This document shows positions 1-9,824 of a stretch of 64,000 bases of DNA, one piece after another. Numbering within the stretch: the stretch's first letter is position 1; every line of letters starts with the position of its first letter. This stretch comes from an uncultured Candidatus Saccharibacteria bacterium (GTDB lineage Bacteria > Patescibacteriota > Saccharimonadia > CAILAD01 > BJGX01), in assembly GCA_964552475.1 (NCBI GenBank), contig CAZKFZ010000006.1:27-64026 (forward strand), in the 5' to 3' direction. The translations under genes were made by a program, and so were the position numbers. Under the pieces are notes generated by a model, which was not told the DNA's origin, made no database searches, and saw only the letters and a list, made by a program, of their open reading frames with translations.

Positions 1-150
1 AGCAACAATCGCTCTACCGAGGTCACATCACCCCACTACCGGGCGATTTCTGAGGTGTAAGCCCAGAATTGTACACAGTTTTACGTCTGCCGACGAACCT
101 TGCCCTACCAATTCTTTTTTCTCTTGATAGAACTTCTGTTGCCAGAGAGG

Positions 151-396
151 TTAGTCCCCCGAAGCGAGCGCAGACAACGCGCTCCCCCACGGGTCGAATC
201 CCGCGAGAGAGTTTGTTGATCCGACTTGCACGGTCGGCTCCCAGTAGTAATCGTCGGGGTCATCCCCGAAGGTACCCGTAGGGTACGCCCGACCACAGTC
301 TGGGCACCACCTTTTGAGCAGGTCACCCGTGCCAGTCGAGACCAGCACGGCGCCGTCCACTGCGCACTTCTCTTCTTCTTGCATGTTGGTTGTCAT
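151..396 (-). CDS. small hypothetical protein (contains CPDC motif), encoded in a GC-rich patch at the window edge
   Basis: 81-aa ORF in the track. Local composition is markedly more G+C-rich than the flanking AT-rich spacer. No recognisable family; overlapping alternative-frame ORFs exist. Confidence 0.2.
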   Translation of the reverse strand: MTTNMQEEEKCAVDGAVLVSTGTGDLLKRWCPDCGRAYPTGTFGDDPDDYYWEPTVQVGSTNSLAGFDPWGSALSALASGD

Positions 397-625
397 ACCA
401 AATACGCAGTCAATGTGTACTTAGAATGACAACCAATTGCAATGGGCTTAAAGGTGCTGTCTGGTAGTATAGCAAATATTACATATTATGTCAATAGTTA
501 TTTACATTTTTTATATATTATATATATCAACTGGTTAACTAATACAATATTTTGTGTCTGTATATTTGTCACTTATGTGTTTTTGGCTACTTTTTTTGCA
601 AAAAATAATGCCATATATTGAAATC

Positions 626-670
626 GCCCTGGTCTTGCTTTTTGCAAGACCAGGGCGTGGTGGTTTTTAT
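626..670. other. perfect 13-bp stem / 5-nt loop hairpin (gccctggtcttgc-ttttt-gcaagaccagggc) followed by a T-run
   Basis: Palindrome read directly in the sequence. It sits at the start of a ~460-bp GC-elevated stretch with no credible ORF. Confidence 0.5.
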
Positions 671-1127
671 GGTACGTCCCTACACTTGTGGCTATATTAG
701 CCTTTTTAGTCCTTATCTGGGACTGAGGCGCGTGGGAATTGATCTCCGTCTGTTAGGAGACGAGTCAACCCTCTATTTAGGGGTGACTGTATTCAGCTTG
801 GCCTCACGTGGCTGTAAGATTAGTCACCGGGTTTGCTGAATGGCGAATACTGCTAATACCGAAGGGCACTATTAATGCTTCTGCAGCAATGCATGGGGCT
901 TCAAATACTTCCCATCCTGAGTAATTCCTTTCAGGAACGCTGTTGGCCCTAACGGCCTTACCCCAGGACCTTCCTGGGGTTCCTCGCCGCCCCCATCTTA
1001 CAGGGGCACTGGAAGGGTTAGATCCCATCCATTTAGTACCCCCTTTTAGATAACGGTTGGCGAGAACAGCTATAAAGTAATATAACATAAAAAATACTAT
1101 TTTGTCAATAGTTGTCAACAAATTATA

Positions 1128-1886
1128 TTATTTTTGGTTTTTCCAGGCCATTTCAAAAAGTTGACGCAAAACACCTGCAATATCCTTACTTTCTATTACC
1201 ACCCCAACCGAGTTTTTTCCATTATATGTCGAAATGACAGCGGCATCTTCGTACAGATTAACATCGGCTTTAATTGGGTAACTAACTTTTTTAGTTTCTC
1301 TAAGCTGAGTACGATCGGATTTAACATCACCTATACTATATGAGTAAATTAGTTTACTTGAAAGTCTTTTTCTAAGCCTCCTCTGTGGATTCTCTTCTAG
1401 AATATTCGGAAATATCTTATGAACTTCGTCTATATTTGTAACTCCATACATCAAAGAGTTGGGTTTGGCTTTTCTACGATAATGAGAGTGTATAGTGTGG
1501 GCACCTTCGTCGCCCTTATAAAACCTTACTACCGGGGTTTCATCTCCGTCGGTAGCACGTGATACTTCTTTAAGACCGGGTAATAAATTCTTTAGCTCAG
1601 ATTGTTTTTGGGTTAGGGCTTGGGTTTGAGCTTCTAGGTATCTTTCGATAGCCTCTGGTGGCTCGGCCACAAAAACGGTTTTTTTACCTTGAGTGCTTTC
1701 ACTCACCAAGCCCATTTGAGCCAGTTCGTCTAGTATTACATAGGCCGTAGCTCGGTTAATTTCGGCTTGTTCAGCAATTTTTTGCACAGCGCTTGGGCCC
1801 AAAAATAAGGCTGCTACATAGACTTTGGCTTGTTTGTCGCTGAGCCCCACCGATTGGAGTTTGGCAGCTAGTTCGATGATTTGCAT
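1128..1886 (-). CDS. TrmB-family transcriptional regulator (N-terminal winged-HTH, C-terminal sugar-binding-like domain)
   Basis: N-terminus MQIIELAAKLQSVGLSDKQAKVYVAALFLGPSAVQKIAEQAEINRATAYVILDELAQMGLV resembles the TrmB HTH domain. 252 aa, typical length for the family. Confidence 0.55.
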   Translation of the reverse strand: MQIIELAAKLQSVGLSDKQAKVYVAALFLGPSAVQKIAEQAEINRATAYVILDELAQMGLVSESTQGKKTVFVAEPPEAIERYLEAQTQALTQKQSELKNLLPGLKEVSRATDGDETPVVRFYKGDEGAHTIHSHYRRKAKPNSLMYGVTNIDEVHKIFPNILEENPQRRLRKRLSSKLIYSYSIGDVKSDRTQLRETKKVSYPIKADVNLYEDAAVISTYNGKNSVGVVIESKDIAGVLRQLFEMAWKNQK

Positions 1887-2285
1887 TTACTGTTACCTCT
1901 TTATGCCTTAGAGCTTAACAGTTTTACACGCTGTTGTCAATAGTTTTCAACAAAATGATATATACGAATACACCCCCTCTTAAACATTTAAGCTTAAGAG
2001 GGGGTGTTAGTTTGAGCCTTGCATGCCAGCAAATTTTCGCTGACAAAATTCGCATGATTCTAGATGGATTTGAGCAAGCTCAAGGTATCGTGCACCTAAG
2101 AACTCGTCTCCTTCCATGTACTCGGGTACTACTATGTCACATCCGGGTGAGGGCTTGGTGAGTCGGATATGAGGAAAGGTGCTATCTTTTTGGCTAGCAA
2201 CCATATCTACCTCCTTTAAAAGGTTTTGTGCTAGTCTTTTTGCGTTACCTACTATATGTTATTAGTTCTAATAAGTCAATACGAT

Positions 2286-3287
2286 CTAGCGTGCCTCTGG
2301 CATATCACACTGGCTACGAATCTTTCTTTCAAGCTCTGACCTATAGGCTTCTATTAACTTGAAGCCTTTTATCCACTTTTGATCAATATCTACCTCTACT
2401 ACTCTTACCCTCTCGCCGTTAATGGTTATCCATTTGTCTGTTGCGCTGTTTCCATCGGTTTGGTGGCCACCAGTCTTAAAGTCGACTCTATATAATCGTC
2501 CAGATTGATGGGTAATTTTTAAGTCAACTTTTTTACGATCTTCTTCTACGGTAGGCTGCCCTGTTCTAATAACATCACTCATACCTTCACAAACTTCTTT
2601 ACCAACAACTTCTGTTACAAAACCAGCTACTATAGCCTCAGCTTTACCATGTGGCCACTCACCTATGCCACTCAACCAACCAACTAATTGGTCACGAGTG
2701 AAAGAACCGTCTTGGTTGTCGATAATTTCTTTTAGCAAATGATTAAAAGCAACCAATCTGTTCATTAATTTATCGTACTGATCTTGTTGTTCTTTAGATC
2801 TATTTTTACGATTCGCGGGTAATTTGTCTTTGGCTTTTTCGGCTTGATAGACCAACGGGGCTTCCAACATAAGTTGACAAAAATGTTGTTGAGCAGGGTT
2901 GGAATGTTCAGGACCTTTTATGAATCTTTCATAAACATTTCTTCTAGCAATCGCATCGGGGCGTGTAGTCATTACTTTTACCCTTTGTCTATCTTGCGGA
3001 TCGTGTATGTCTGCTAGTTTTAGGGGGTGCTGAGAACTACTAACTTGTTGCGCCAAACTTCGCAGACGTTCTTTTTCTTTACCCGGAAGAGTTTCAAGTT
3101 CGAGTTTTTCAGAACGAGCTTTGTCACGCTCCTTTCTAATACTTACTACAACTTCAGCAAATTGCTCAAACTGCGAATCTTCTTTCTTGGCCAATTCACT
3201 TTCTTCGGGTTTATCTTTGGGCTTTTTTATTGGGCTACCTTTAGGCTTGTCTCTGTGACCACTTGGTGTGTGAATCTCAATACTCAT
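2286..3287 (-). CDS. hypothetical protein with a K/E-rich low-complexity N-terminal third
   Basis: 333-aa ORF; N-terminal 100 aa highly charged (KPKDKPEESELAKKED...); no motif recognised. Confidence 0.45.
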   Translation of the reverse strand: MSIEIHTPSGHRDKPKGSPIKKPKDKPEESELAKKEDSQFEQFAEVVVSIRKERDKARSEKLELETLPGKEKERLRSLAQQVSSSQHPLKLADIHDPQDRQRVKVMTTRPDAIARRNVYERFIKGPEHSNPAQQHFCQLMLEAPLVYQAEKAKDKLPANRKNRSKEQQDQYDKLMNRLVAFNHLLKEIIDNQDGSFTRDQLVGWLSGIGEWPHGKAEAIVAGFVTEVVGKEVCEGMSDVIRTGQPTVEEDRKKVDLKITHQSGRLYRVDFKTGGHQTDGNSATDKWITINGERVRVVEVDIDQKWIKGFKLIEAYRSELERKIRSQCDMPEAR

Positions 3288-3423
3288 ATTGCTTATACTA
3301 ACATAACCACCCCAACTACACCAAGTAGACTTTACATATACAACAATTTGCGCTATACTTTCATCTGTTACTAAAAATCTTAAGAAAAGATTTAAAAAAA
3401 TAAGGAAATCAACTTAAAATAAT

Positions 3424-3792
3424 ATGCCAATTATCAAGTCAGCCAAAAAAAGAATGAAACAAGCCCAAAAGCGTCAACAATACAATGTGGCTGTTAAATC
3501 TTCTGTAAAAAAACAAACCAAGATAGTAAGAGCCCAAATTAGTTCTGGTGATATTAAAAGCAACGAAGCTTTAGTTCTTGCTATTGCACAACTCGACACC
3601 GCAGTAAAAAAGGGTGTGCTACACAAACGCACCGCTGCACGCAAGAAATCACGCCTTACAAAAGCCTACAATGCTGTTGCCAAAAAGCCTTTTGGCACAG
3701 AAAACCCCAGCAAGCCGGGTGTAAAAAAGACTACCAAAAAAGTGGTAGCCAAAAAGCCCGCTAGTAAGACTACTAGCGCAAAAAAGAAATAA
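3424..3792 (+). CDS. rpsT: 30S ribosomal protein S20 with a lysine-rich C-terminal extension
   Basis: Starts MPIIKSAKKRMKQAQKRQQYN, the classic S20 N-terminus. Length is 122 aa against ~87 typical; the extra tail is AKKPxxKKTTKKVVAKKPASKTTSAKKK. Confidence 0.85.
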   Translation: MPIIKSAKKRMKQAQKRQQYNVAVKSSVKKQTKIVRAQISSGDIKSNEALVLAIAQLDTAVKKGVLHKRTAARKKSRLTKAYNAVAKKPFGTENPSKPGVKKTTKKVVAKKPASKTTSAKKK

Positions 3793-3807
3793 GGTAGGAA
3801 TTAATAA

Positions 3808-3831
3808 AACCGAGCATTCAGCTCGGTTTTT
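3808..3831 (+). terminator. rho-independent terminator after rpsT
   Basis: ccgagc-attca-gctcgg stem-loop followed by TTTTT. Confidence 0.6.
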
Positions 3832-3986
3832 GCTATTAAATTTCATTTTTTCAACTCAGGGTGTAGAAAAGAGTTTATATATTCTACTGTTGCGAGAACA
3901 TTATCTGCATACCTAGTAATAACAGTCTGTAGAATATGGAGACATCCAACTATTTATTCTATATGAAGGGTGTACACTCCTAATTT

Positions 3987-4202
3987 CTATCTACCACAAT
4001 CATTCTTCTTATATGAGCCTGGCGAGATCCACTGCGAACAGGTTGACTTGTGTTGGCATAAAACTGCTACTCCACCACATTCGTCGCAAAAAACTTTTCT
4101 GGTAGGTTGGTTGCTACTTTCTTGTTCTTCTCTTCGTGTGCATCTAATACATTTACCACTTCCTAGCGATACTCCATGTTCACACGTAAACCGATCGATC
4201 AT
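3987..4202 (-). CDS. small Cys-rich (zinc-ribbon-like) hypothetical protein
   Basis: 71-aa ORF with spacing CEHG...CIRC...CDECGG...C. Uncertain; could be spurious. Confidence 0.2.
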   Translation of the reverse strand: MIDRFTCEHGVSLGSGKCIRCTRREEQESSNQPTRKVFCDECGGVAVLCQHKSTCSQWISPGSYKKNDCGR

Positions 4203-4274
4203 GACAAACTCTCTTTCAGTAGATGGTTCTATACACTTGTGGTATCGGTTTTAGAATAACATACTTACACAACC

Positions 4275-5207
4275 TTACAAACAATGTAACTGGGATAATT
4301 TCATCATCAGATCTATTAGTGCATCGCTTGATTCGAGATCACCAGTCTTGATAGCCATATCGGTATCTATAATTAGTTGATAAGCGGTCTTTAGTTTATT
4401 CATTTCGATATTGTGTACCAAATTTTGAGCCTTGGTAGCAGCGTACGGCGACACCTCGAGTTCTTTTATCCATTTGTTACTACCAGATTGGTTGTCTTTT
4501 GCTAACACCAACACTCTGTATTGATAAACAATAGCGCCCAATATTTTTTGGTCTGGCTCACCAGAAAGAGCTAAGTTGTGGTATAGCTCAACTGCTTTCG
4601 GGGCATTACCTCTCATAATTGCATCGGTCATCATAAAGGCAGTTTGCTGTAGGTTGGGTACTACCAATTTATCAATAGACTCAACAGTGATTTGTGGGCT
4701 ATATAAAGCTAGTTTTTTTATCTCACTGCGTAGTTGCCATTGGTCACCACCCACCCGCTCAATGAGTAAGCTTATTGTGCGATTATCGGTCTTAGCGTGA
4801 CACTTTTCAATCTCACTCTTTACCCAGGCAACCAATTGAGGTGGCGAAAGCAAGGTGTAATTTTTTGAGTTTTTTAGTTGGGATAATTTTTTAAAATATG
4901 CACTACGTTTGTCTACCCTGCTATCGGTAATGATTACATTGGTAGAGTCAGGAATTGTGCTGAGTAATTCTTGTAACTTTTCTGGGCTAAGTTTTTGTGT
5001 ACTTAGATCTCGTACTATCATTAATCGACTACTAACAAACATCGGTACCACAGAAAGTGCATTGAGCAAATCACTTAAACTGCGCTCGCTCATATCAAAA
5101 GTTTCCATGTCTGAGCTACCACCAGTCTTTTTTATGTACTGTTGTTTGATATCGGCTATCCGCTCACTTATAGCAAAACTATTCTCACCAAAAAAGTAAA
5201 ATATCAT
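4275..5207 (-). CDS. holA: DNA polymerase III delta subunit
   Basis: 310 aa with N-terminal MIFYFFGENSFAISERIADIK, typical of the delta subunit N-terminus. Sits in a replication/repair neighbourhood. Confidence 0.6.
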   Translation of the reverse strand: MIFYFFGENSFAISERIADIKQQYIKKTGGSSDMETFDMSERSLSDLLNALSVVPMFVSSRLMIVRDLSTQKLSPEKLQELLSTIPDSTNVIITDSRVDKRSAYFKKLSQLKNSKNYTLLSPPQLVAWVKSEIEKCHAKTDNRTISLLIERVGGDQWQLRSEIKKLALYSPQITVESIDKLVVPNLQQTAFMMTDAIMRGNAPKAVELYHNLALSGEPDQKILGAIVYQYRVLVLAKDNQSGSNKWIKELEVSPYAATKAQNLVHNIEMNKLKTAYQLIIDTDMAIKTGDLESSDALIDLMMKLSQLHCL

Positions 5208-5252
5208 AGTATTAGTATCTGGTAATAATGACTAAGTATCAAGCTAAGCTAG

Positions 5253-6134
5253 TTAGTTCTTTGGTGGTTTTTGGCAATGAGTACATACATGGGTACCTCG
5301 CCCGGCTACTCTAATTTTTTGAATTAGCTTGCCACAGTTGGGGCAAGGTTGGCCATTTAGTCTAAATACCTTGGCAAACTTAAGATAGCTCCCTTTTTTA
5401 CCCTCGGCATCCACATAGTTTCTATCACTACTGCCACCCTGGGCAATACTCAGCTTCATTACGTCTATTATTGCACTAAATAACCTTTTGAGCTTAAAAG
5501 TACTAATATTTGCAACTTTTGTAGCTGGGTGAATGCGAGCTATAAACAAGCTTTCGTCGGCATAAATGTTGCCCACACCAGCTAAAACTGATTGGTCTAG
5601 TATAGCGGCTTTTATTGCTGAGCCACCGCGTTTTTGTAGTGCAGAGTTAAATTGTTCAAATGTATAGTCATCATCTAGAGGTTCAGGGCCAAGTTTGCTT
5701 AAAAACTTATTACTTTTGTAGAGGTCTTTAGATGGCTCTAATTTAACCCAGCCAAATTTACGCTGGTCGTTAAAATACAAAACTGAGCCATTTGTAAATG
5801 CAATTGTCACTCGGGTAGATTTATCAGGCAACTTACTTACTAAGCTATCATTGGGGTGACCCGCTCCAAAGCGTTTTTTGCCATCTACAAACACCAATTG
5901 CCCGGTCATTTTGAGATGAATTAGCAAACTATAGCCACTCTCAAGCACAATAATAACTACCTTACCTCGCCTGTCAACCCTCTCTATTTTGGTGCCGATA
6001 AGTTTTGTGCTTACAAGTTGTTTGGAGTTAGGAAATCCTTTGGGCCAATCAAAGTCGACAGACCTTACTCGTAAGCCGGGTAAAAACTGCTGCAAACCTA
6101 TTCGTACTGTTTCTACTTCTGGTAATTCTGGCAT
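5253..6134 (-). CDS. mutM: formamidopyrimidine-DNA glycosylase (Fpg/MutM)
   Basis: MPELPEVETVRIGL N-terminus (catalytic Pro2) and C-terminal CPNCG...CTHCQ zinc finger. The true start is the second ATG of the tracked ORF. Confidence 0.85.
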   Translation of the reverse strand: MPELPEVETVRIGLQQFLPGLRVRSVDFDWPKGFPNSKQLVSTKLIGTKIERVDRRGKVVIIVLESGYSLLIHLKMTGQLVFVDGKKRFGAGHPNDSLVSKLPDKSTRVTIAFTNGSVLYFNDQRKFGWVKLEPSKDLYKSNKFLSKLGPEPLDDDYTFEQFNSALQKRGGSAIKAAILDQSVLAGVGNIYADESLFIARIHPATKVANISTFKLKRLFSAIIDVMKLSIAQGGSSDRNYVDAEGKKGSYLKFAKVFRLNGQPCPNCGKLIQKIRVAGRGTHVCTHCQKPPKN

Positions 6135-6271
6135 ATAAACATTATAAACCAATCGCTATGTTTTCTCGTATTTACTGAGCTTTCACATATATTTGTAATA
6201 TTTATGTTGTTATGGTATAATACAGCAGTTAGTTCTTTGACAAACCTCTAAACTACGTTGAAAGGCGAGAT

Positions 6272-6907
6272 ATGCCTAGATATTCTGTTGTAGTAGTCTG
6301 TGAAGAAGAGCACCCTCAGCATGCTGAAGTCACACTTAAAGATCTTCGTCTCGGTCGTAAACCCAAAGAGCTGCATACCACCGACCAAACCATTCTCGGG
6401 TATGTGCTACAGACGCACATTGGTAACTTCAAGCGTAACTACGGCTGCCCCGATGCAGGCGGCAGTATCCGTACCGAGCAAGACCTGCCAGAGCTAAAGA
6501 TTCGTAAAGGCACTACTGTTGTTGAGTGTCGGGGTAACGTTGCTAACTACCTGCCGTATTTACAAGTCTGTAGCAACTGTGGGTGGAGGTGTGATAGTGG
6601 TACAGTAATGGGCGACGGTGAATTTTTCTGCTGGAATAAGGCATGTTGGGATAAATCAGTGGAACAATTTGACGCGAAAAAGCGTGTTACTATTGCGAAA
6701 CACCGCTCAGAAGGACTGTGTATATTCGATCAGGCTTGGATAGGCTTATGCTCAAACAAGGCACTCACCGGACATAGCGTCTGTAGCGACCATCTAGGCA
6801 CCAAGTGCCACTGTGGAGCTCAAGCGACCAGAGAATGTAGCCATGCCGGTTCTTTTGTGTGTGGCAGGCCACTGTGCGATGAGCACAAATGCCCGGCACA
6901 TCCTTAA
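6272..6907 (+). CDS. Cys-rich hypothetical protein (20+ cysteines in 211 aa), GC-rich gene
   Basis: ORF with many CxxC/CxC spacings (CSNCGWRCDSG, CHCGAQATREC, CGRPLCDEHKCPAHP). Composition is clearly more G+C-rich than neighbouring genes. Confidence 0.45.
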   Translation: MPRYSVVVVCEEEHPQHAEVTLKDLRLGRKPKELHTTDQTILGYVLQTHIGNFKRNYGCPDAGGSIRTEQDLPELKIRKGTTVVECRGNVANYLPYLQVCSNCGWRCDSGTVMGDGEFFCWNKACWDKSVEQFDAKKRVTIAKHRSEGLCIFDQAWIGLCSNKALTGHSVCSDHLGTKCHCGAQATRECSHAGSFVCGRPLCDEHKCPAHP

Positions 6908-7085
6908 ATGATACCGAGTATTCTACCTATTCAACATGGCCCCGCTCTATAAAAAAACTAGAGCGGGGCCTTATAATTACTGTTATTTATAATAATACTA
7001 CATATTGACTAATAAGTGATATTATGCTACTATTATTCAGATATCCAAACGGATTTGAACCTACTATTGTTGAAAGTGAGAGACC

Positions 7086-7280
7086 ATGAATAAGAGCACT
7101 ATTGTAGCTCTGGTGGTAGGTGTACTGTTGGTGCTGTTTCTAATTTTCGCCGTAAGCAAGTTCACTATTTTGTTCTTGCTACTTTTGTCTGTAACAATCA
7201 ACATCGTGCAGTACAAGATTCGCGACAAGAAAGAAAACGAGCCCAAGAGTGTGTCAGACGAACCTTCTGACTCACCGTAA
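7086..7280 (+). CDS. small two-TM membrane protein
   Basis: 64 aa: hydrophobic stretches VALVVGVLLVLFLIFAV and ILFLLLLSVTINIV, followed by a charged tail. Confidence 0.3.
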   Translation: MNKSTIVALVVGVLLVLFLIFAVSKFTILFLLLLSVTINIVQYKIRDKKENEPKSVSDEPSDSP

Positions 7281-7327
7281 ATAAGCTCGATTACCAAAAA
7301 CCAAATCACACCCGGAAAGGAGTGAAG

Positions 7328-7675
7328 ATGCCTAACATTCTGGTAGTGGATGACGAGCGAGTGCTTGATTTGCCAGGTGCTGTGCATGTGCTAACGTGCA
7401 GCGAGGCGATGGCATTTCTTAAAGGCCACCCAGTTATTGACGAGCTTTGGCTCGATCACGACCTGGGGCCCGACGAGGACGTAATGCGCCTGGTAGATCA
7501 CCTGTGCGAGATGGCTTTCTTTGAGATGGGTTATGAGATTGGCAGAATTGTGGTTCACACCATGAACCCGGTTGGTGCCGAAAACGTAATTCGCGCTCTT
7601 AACCGCTACTACCCTGTGCACCGCGTAAACGTTACACCCTACATTCTTGATATCAACGCAAACGAAAGAGTGTAA
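7328..7675 (+). CDS. stand-alone receiver(REC)-like domain protein
   Basis: NILVVDDE N-terminal strand and an LWLDHDLG acidic pocket resemble the CheY-like fold. GGAAAGGAG Shine-Dalgarno 7 nt upstream of the ATG at 7328. GC-rich. Confidence 0.45.
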   Translation: MPNILVVDDERVLDLPGAVHVLTCSEAMAFLKGHPVIDELWLDHDLGPDEDVMRLVDHLCEMAFFEMGYEIGRIVVHTMNPVGAENVIRALNRYYPVHRVNVTPYILDINANERV

Positions 7676-7676
7676 G

Positions 7677-8198
7677 ATGCTAACACTACGTGATTTGCTG
7701 CCAACTGCAGCCGAAAACGCACTAGTTGTGGTTGAGTGTGAGTTGCAGCAAGACACCACCCCTGAGGCGCTTAAGGGTATGGTGTCGGCGCTAACTCTGG
7801 CTAAAACCTTTGCTTATAGATGGGGTCAAAGTAGCGATACTTTATCGCCAGACACCACTATGAAGCTAGTACTACTTCTTGGTCAGTACGTGAAGCCTGG
7901 TCTCAATGACCGAGGCTGGCGCACCACGCCAGCTAGCTTTGCCGATATGACACAAGCTGTGCAAGCTAGCTCGCTAGAAAATGCCATGCAACAATGGTGC
8001 TTCTTGTTTGCTAGCAAGCTCTGGGATACTGCCGACGAAGCCTACTACGCCTTTGAGCGGATTCATCCGTTTAGAGACGGTAATGGCCGTGTTGGCTGGC
8101 TTCTGTGGCTTATCTATACCTACCTGACTACTGGTGAGTGGCTACAGGAACTCCCCCCGGAGTTTACTGAGCTTAAAACTCGCTTTGGTCACAACTAA
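7677..8198 (+). CDS. Fic/Doc-family protein (putative AMPylator/toxin-like)
   Basis: HPFRDGNGRVGW matches the Fic motif HxFx(D/E)GNGR. ATG lies 1 nt after the stop of the REC-like gene (TAAGATG), indicating translational coupling. Confidence 0.65.
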   Translation: MLTLRDLLPTAAENALVVVECELQQDTTPEALKGMVSALTLAKTFAYRWGQSSDTLSPDTTMKLVLLLGQYVKPGLNDRGWRTTPASFADMTQAVQASSLENAMQQWCFLFASKLWDTADEAYYAFERIHPFRDGNGRVGWLLWLIYTYLTTGEWLQELPPEFTELKTRFGHN

Positions 8199-8202
8199 AC
8201 AA

Positions 8203-8240
8203 CCCCACCTTCAAAACACTGAAGGTGGGGTTTTACTTTT
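8203..8240. terminator. bidirectional rho-independent terminator between the convergent Fic and cca genes
   Basis: ccccaccttc-aaaacact-gaaggtgggg stem followed by TTTTACTTTT. Confidence 0.65.
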
Positions 8241-8245
8241 GTATA

Positions 8246-9700
8246 TTATCGCTCCTGGGCAATAATTTGTTTTGCTATTTCAATTGCTTTGTCGCGGTCA
8301 TCAATAGTCAGTTCGCCGTTGGCGAACATTTCTTCTAGGTGATTTTTTACAATACCTATTAGCTTACCATCGGCCTTGGTAAAATTTGGTATAAGACCCA
8401 TTATTACCCTACCATCTATACCAAGGTCTCTCACTATACTAGGCTTTTGCACCTCTGCAGGCTCGGATTGGTGTTTTTGCCAAAGCTCAACAATAGCATC
8501 AAAGGCTGGTTTTTTGTGGCCAGTAGAGCCGTCTGGCAATGTTGAGTGGCTAGCCATTCCATCGGCCTCATGTAGCCTTACCAAGTCACCAAAAGCTGGG
8601 TGATTCATCATTTTCTTCTGATTAGCAGGGCGCATTTCTGGTAGTTGTTTTATATCTATGTGGTGGTCTATTAGCCACAATATATTCTCTTTTTGAGCAT
8701 TAGAGAATTTAAGTTTATTTAAGATTGGCCTAGCTAGCTCGGCGCTTGTTTGGGCATGACCATAAAATTTAAAATAATTTGGATCTTCGGTGGCTTCTTG
8801 AGTGTGTGGTTTGCCAATATCATGCAATAGCGTTGCCCACAAAAGCTCTTCACTAGCATCTGGCGGCAGAGCCTCCATTATAAGAAGTTGGTGTGTCCAG
8901 ACGTCACCTTCTGCATGAAATTTTGAGCCTTGCTCTACATCTTTTCCAGCGGTAAGCTCTGGTATATAAAAATCTAAAATACCTAGCTCGTCTAAATCTT
9001 CTAAGGCCTCTCGACGAGATAATGCCGTTTTGAAAATTGCTGTGAGCTCAGCTCTCATTCTTTCACCCGATATATCACCTATAGCACCCTCTTTTACAGC
9101 GTCTTTGAGCGCACGGTGCGTGCTTGGCTCGTAGCTAAACCCAAAGCGGTTTTTAAACCGAACTGCTCGCAAAATTCGTAATGGATCTTCTTGTATTCGT
9201 TCAGATGGGTCACCTACAAAACGAATAAGTTTATTATCTAAGTCACTAAGACTTTCACCTACGTAAAGTAGTTGATGAGTTACCGGATCAAGCGCCATAT
9301 TGTTGATCGTGAAATCACGCCTTTCTAGATCGTCCTCTAAAGAAACGTTGTCGGTATAAACCTGGGTAGCTTGACGACCCAAATGCGCATCTACATCTTT
9401 TCTATAGGTAGCTATTTCTAGCTCTACTCCATTCATTATTACCCTAGTAACCACATAGGCCTGCGAAGTGTCTGGAGTTTTAGATTTTTCAAATAGCTTC
9501 TCTATTTGTTCTGGTTTGGCATTGGTGGCAAGATCGTTATCTTTTGGCTCTAAACCAAGTAAAAGATCACGCACCGCACCGCCAACAATGACGGCTTCAA
9601 ATCCTTGGGATTGGAGTTTTTCATAAGCCAAAACTGCCTGATGCCACTCTGGGTGCATTTCGTCCCTAGTTTCGGCTGGATTGTATGGCATTGTCTCCAT
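8246..9700 (-). CDS. cca: CCA-adding tRNA nucleotidyltransferase / poly(A) polymerase-family enzyme with HD domain
   Basis: GGAVRDLLLG...DNDLAT nucleotidyltransferase head and an LLHDIGK HD motif. Confidence 0.8.
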   Translation of the reverse strand: METMPYNPAETRDEMHPEWHQAVLAYEKLQSQGFEAVIVGGAVRDLLLGLEPKDNDLATNAKPEQIEKLFEKSKTPDTSQAYVVTRVIMNGVELEIATYRKDVDAHLGRQATQVYTDNVSLEDDLERRDFTINNMALDPVTHQLLYVGESLSDLDNKLIRFVGDPSERIQEDPLRILRAVRFKNRFGFSYEPSTHRALKDAVKEGAIGDISGERMRAELTAIFKTALSRREALEDLDELGILDFYIPELTAGKDVEQGSKFHAEGDVWTHQLLIMEALPPDASEELLWATLLHDIGKPHTQEATEDPNYFKFYGHAQTSAELARPILNKLKFSNAQKENILWLIDHHIDIKQLPEMRPANQKKMMNHPAFGDLVRLHEADGMASHSTLPDGSTGHKKPAFDAIVELWQKHQSEPAEVQKPSIVRDLGIDGRVIMGLIPNFTKADGKLIGIVKNHLEEMFANGELTIDDRDKAIEIAKQIIAQER

Positions 9701-9824
9701 TAGTAATTATTATACAAGAAATACTGCTTGGGTGGTTTTTTAACATAGTAAGTTAATATTGACTATTTGGTGTATTTATGCTAATATCTAAGCTGTTAAT
9801 AGCACCTACTACTAGGAGTTAAGG

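Noticed and set aside
804-1121. ORFs 618-839(+) and 804-1121(-) as protein-coding genes
   Set aside because: Amino-acid composition is non-protein-like (W/R/G/P-rich, no domain, no RBS). More likely non-coding or a decayed region.
7322-7675. REC-like protein as a Phd/VbhA-type Fic antitoxin
   Set aside because: No (S/T)xxxE(G/N) inhibitory-helix motif could be found in it, or as an internal helix of the Fic protein. The regulatory relationship therefore remains speculative.
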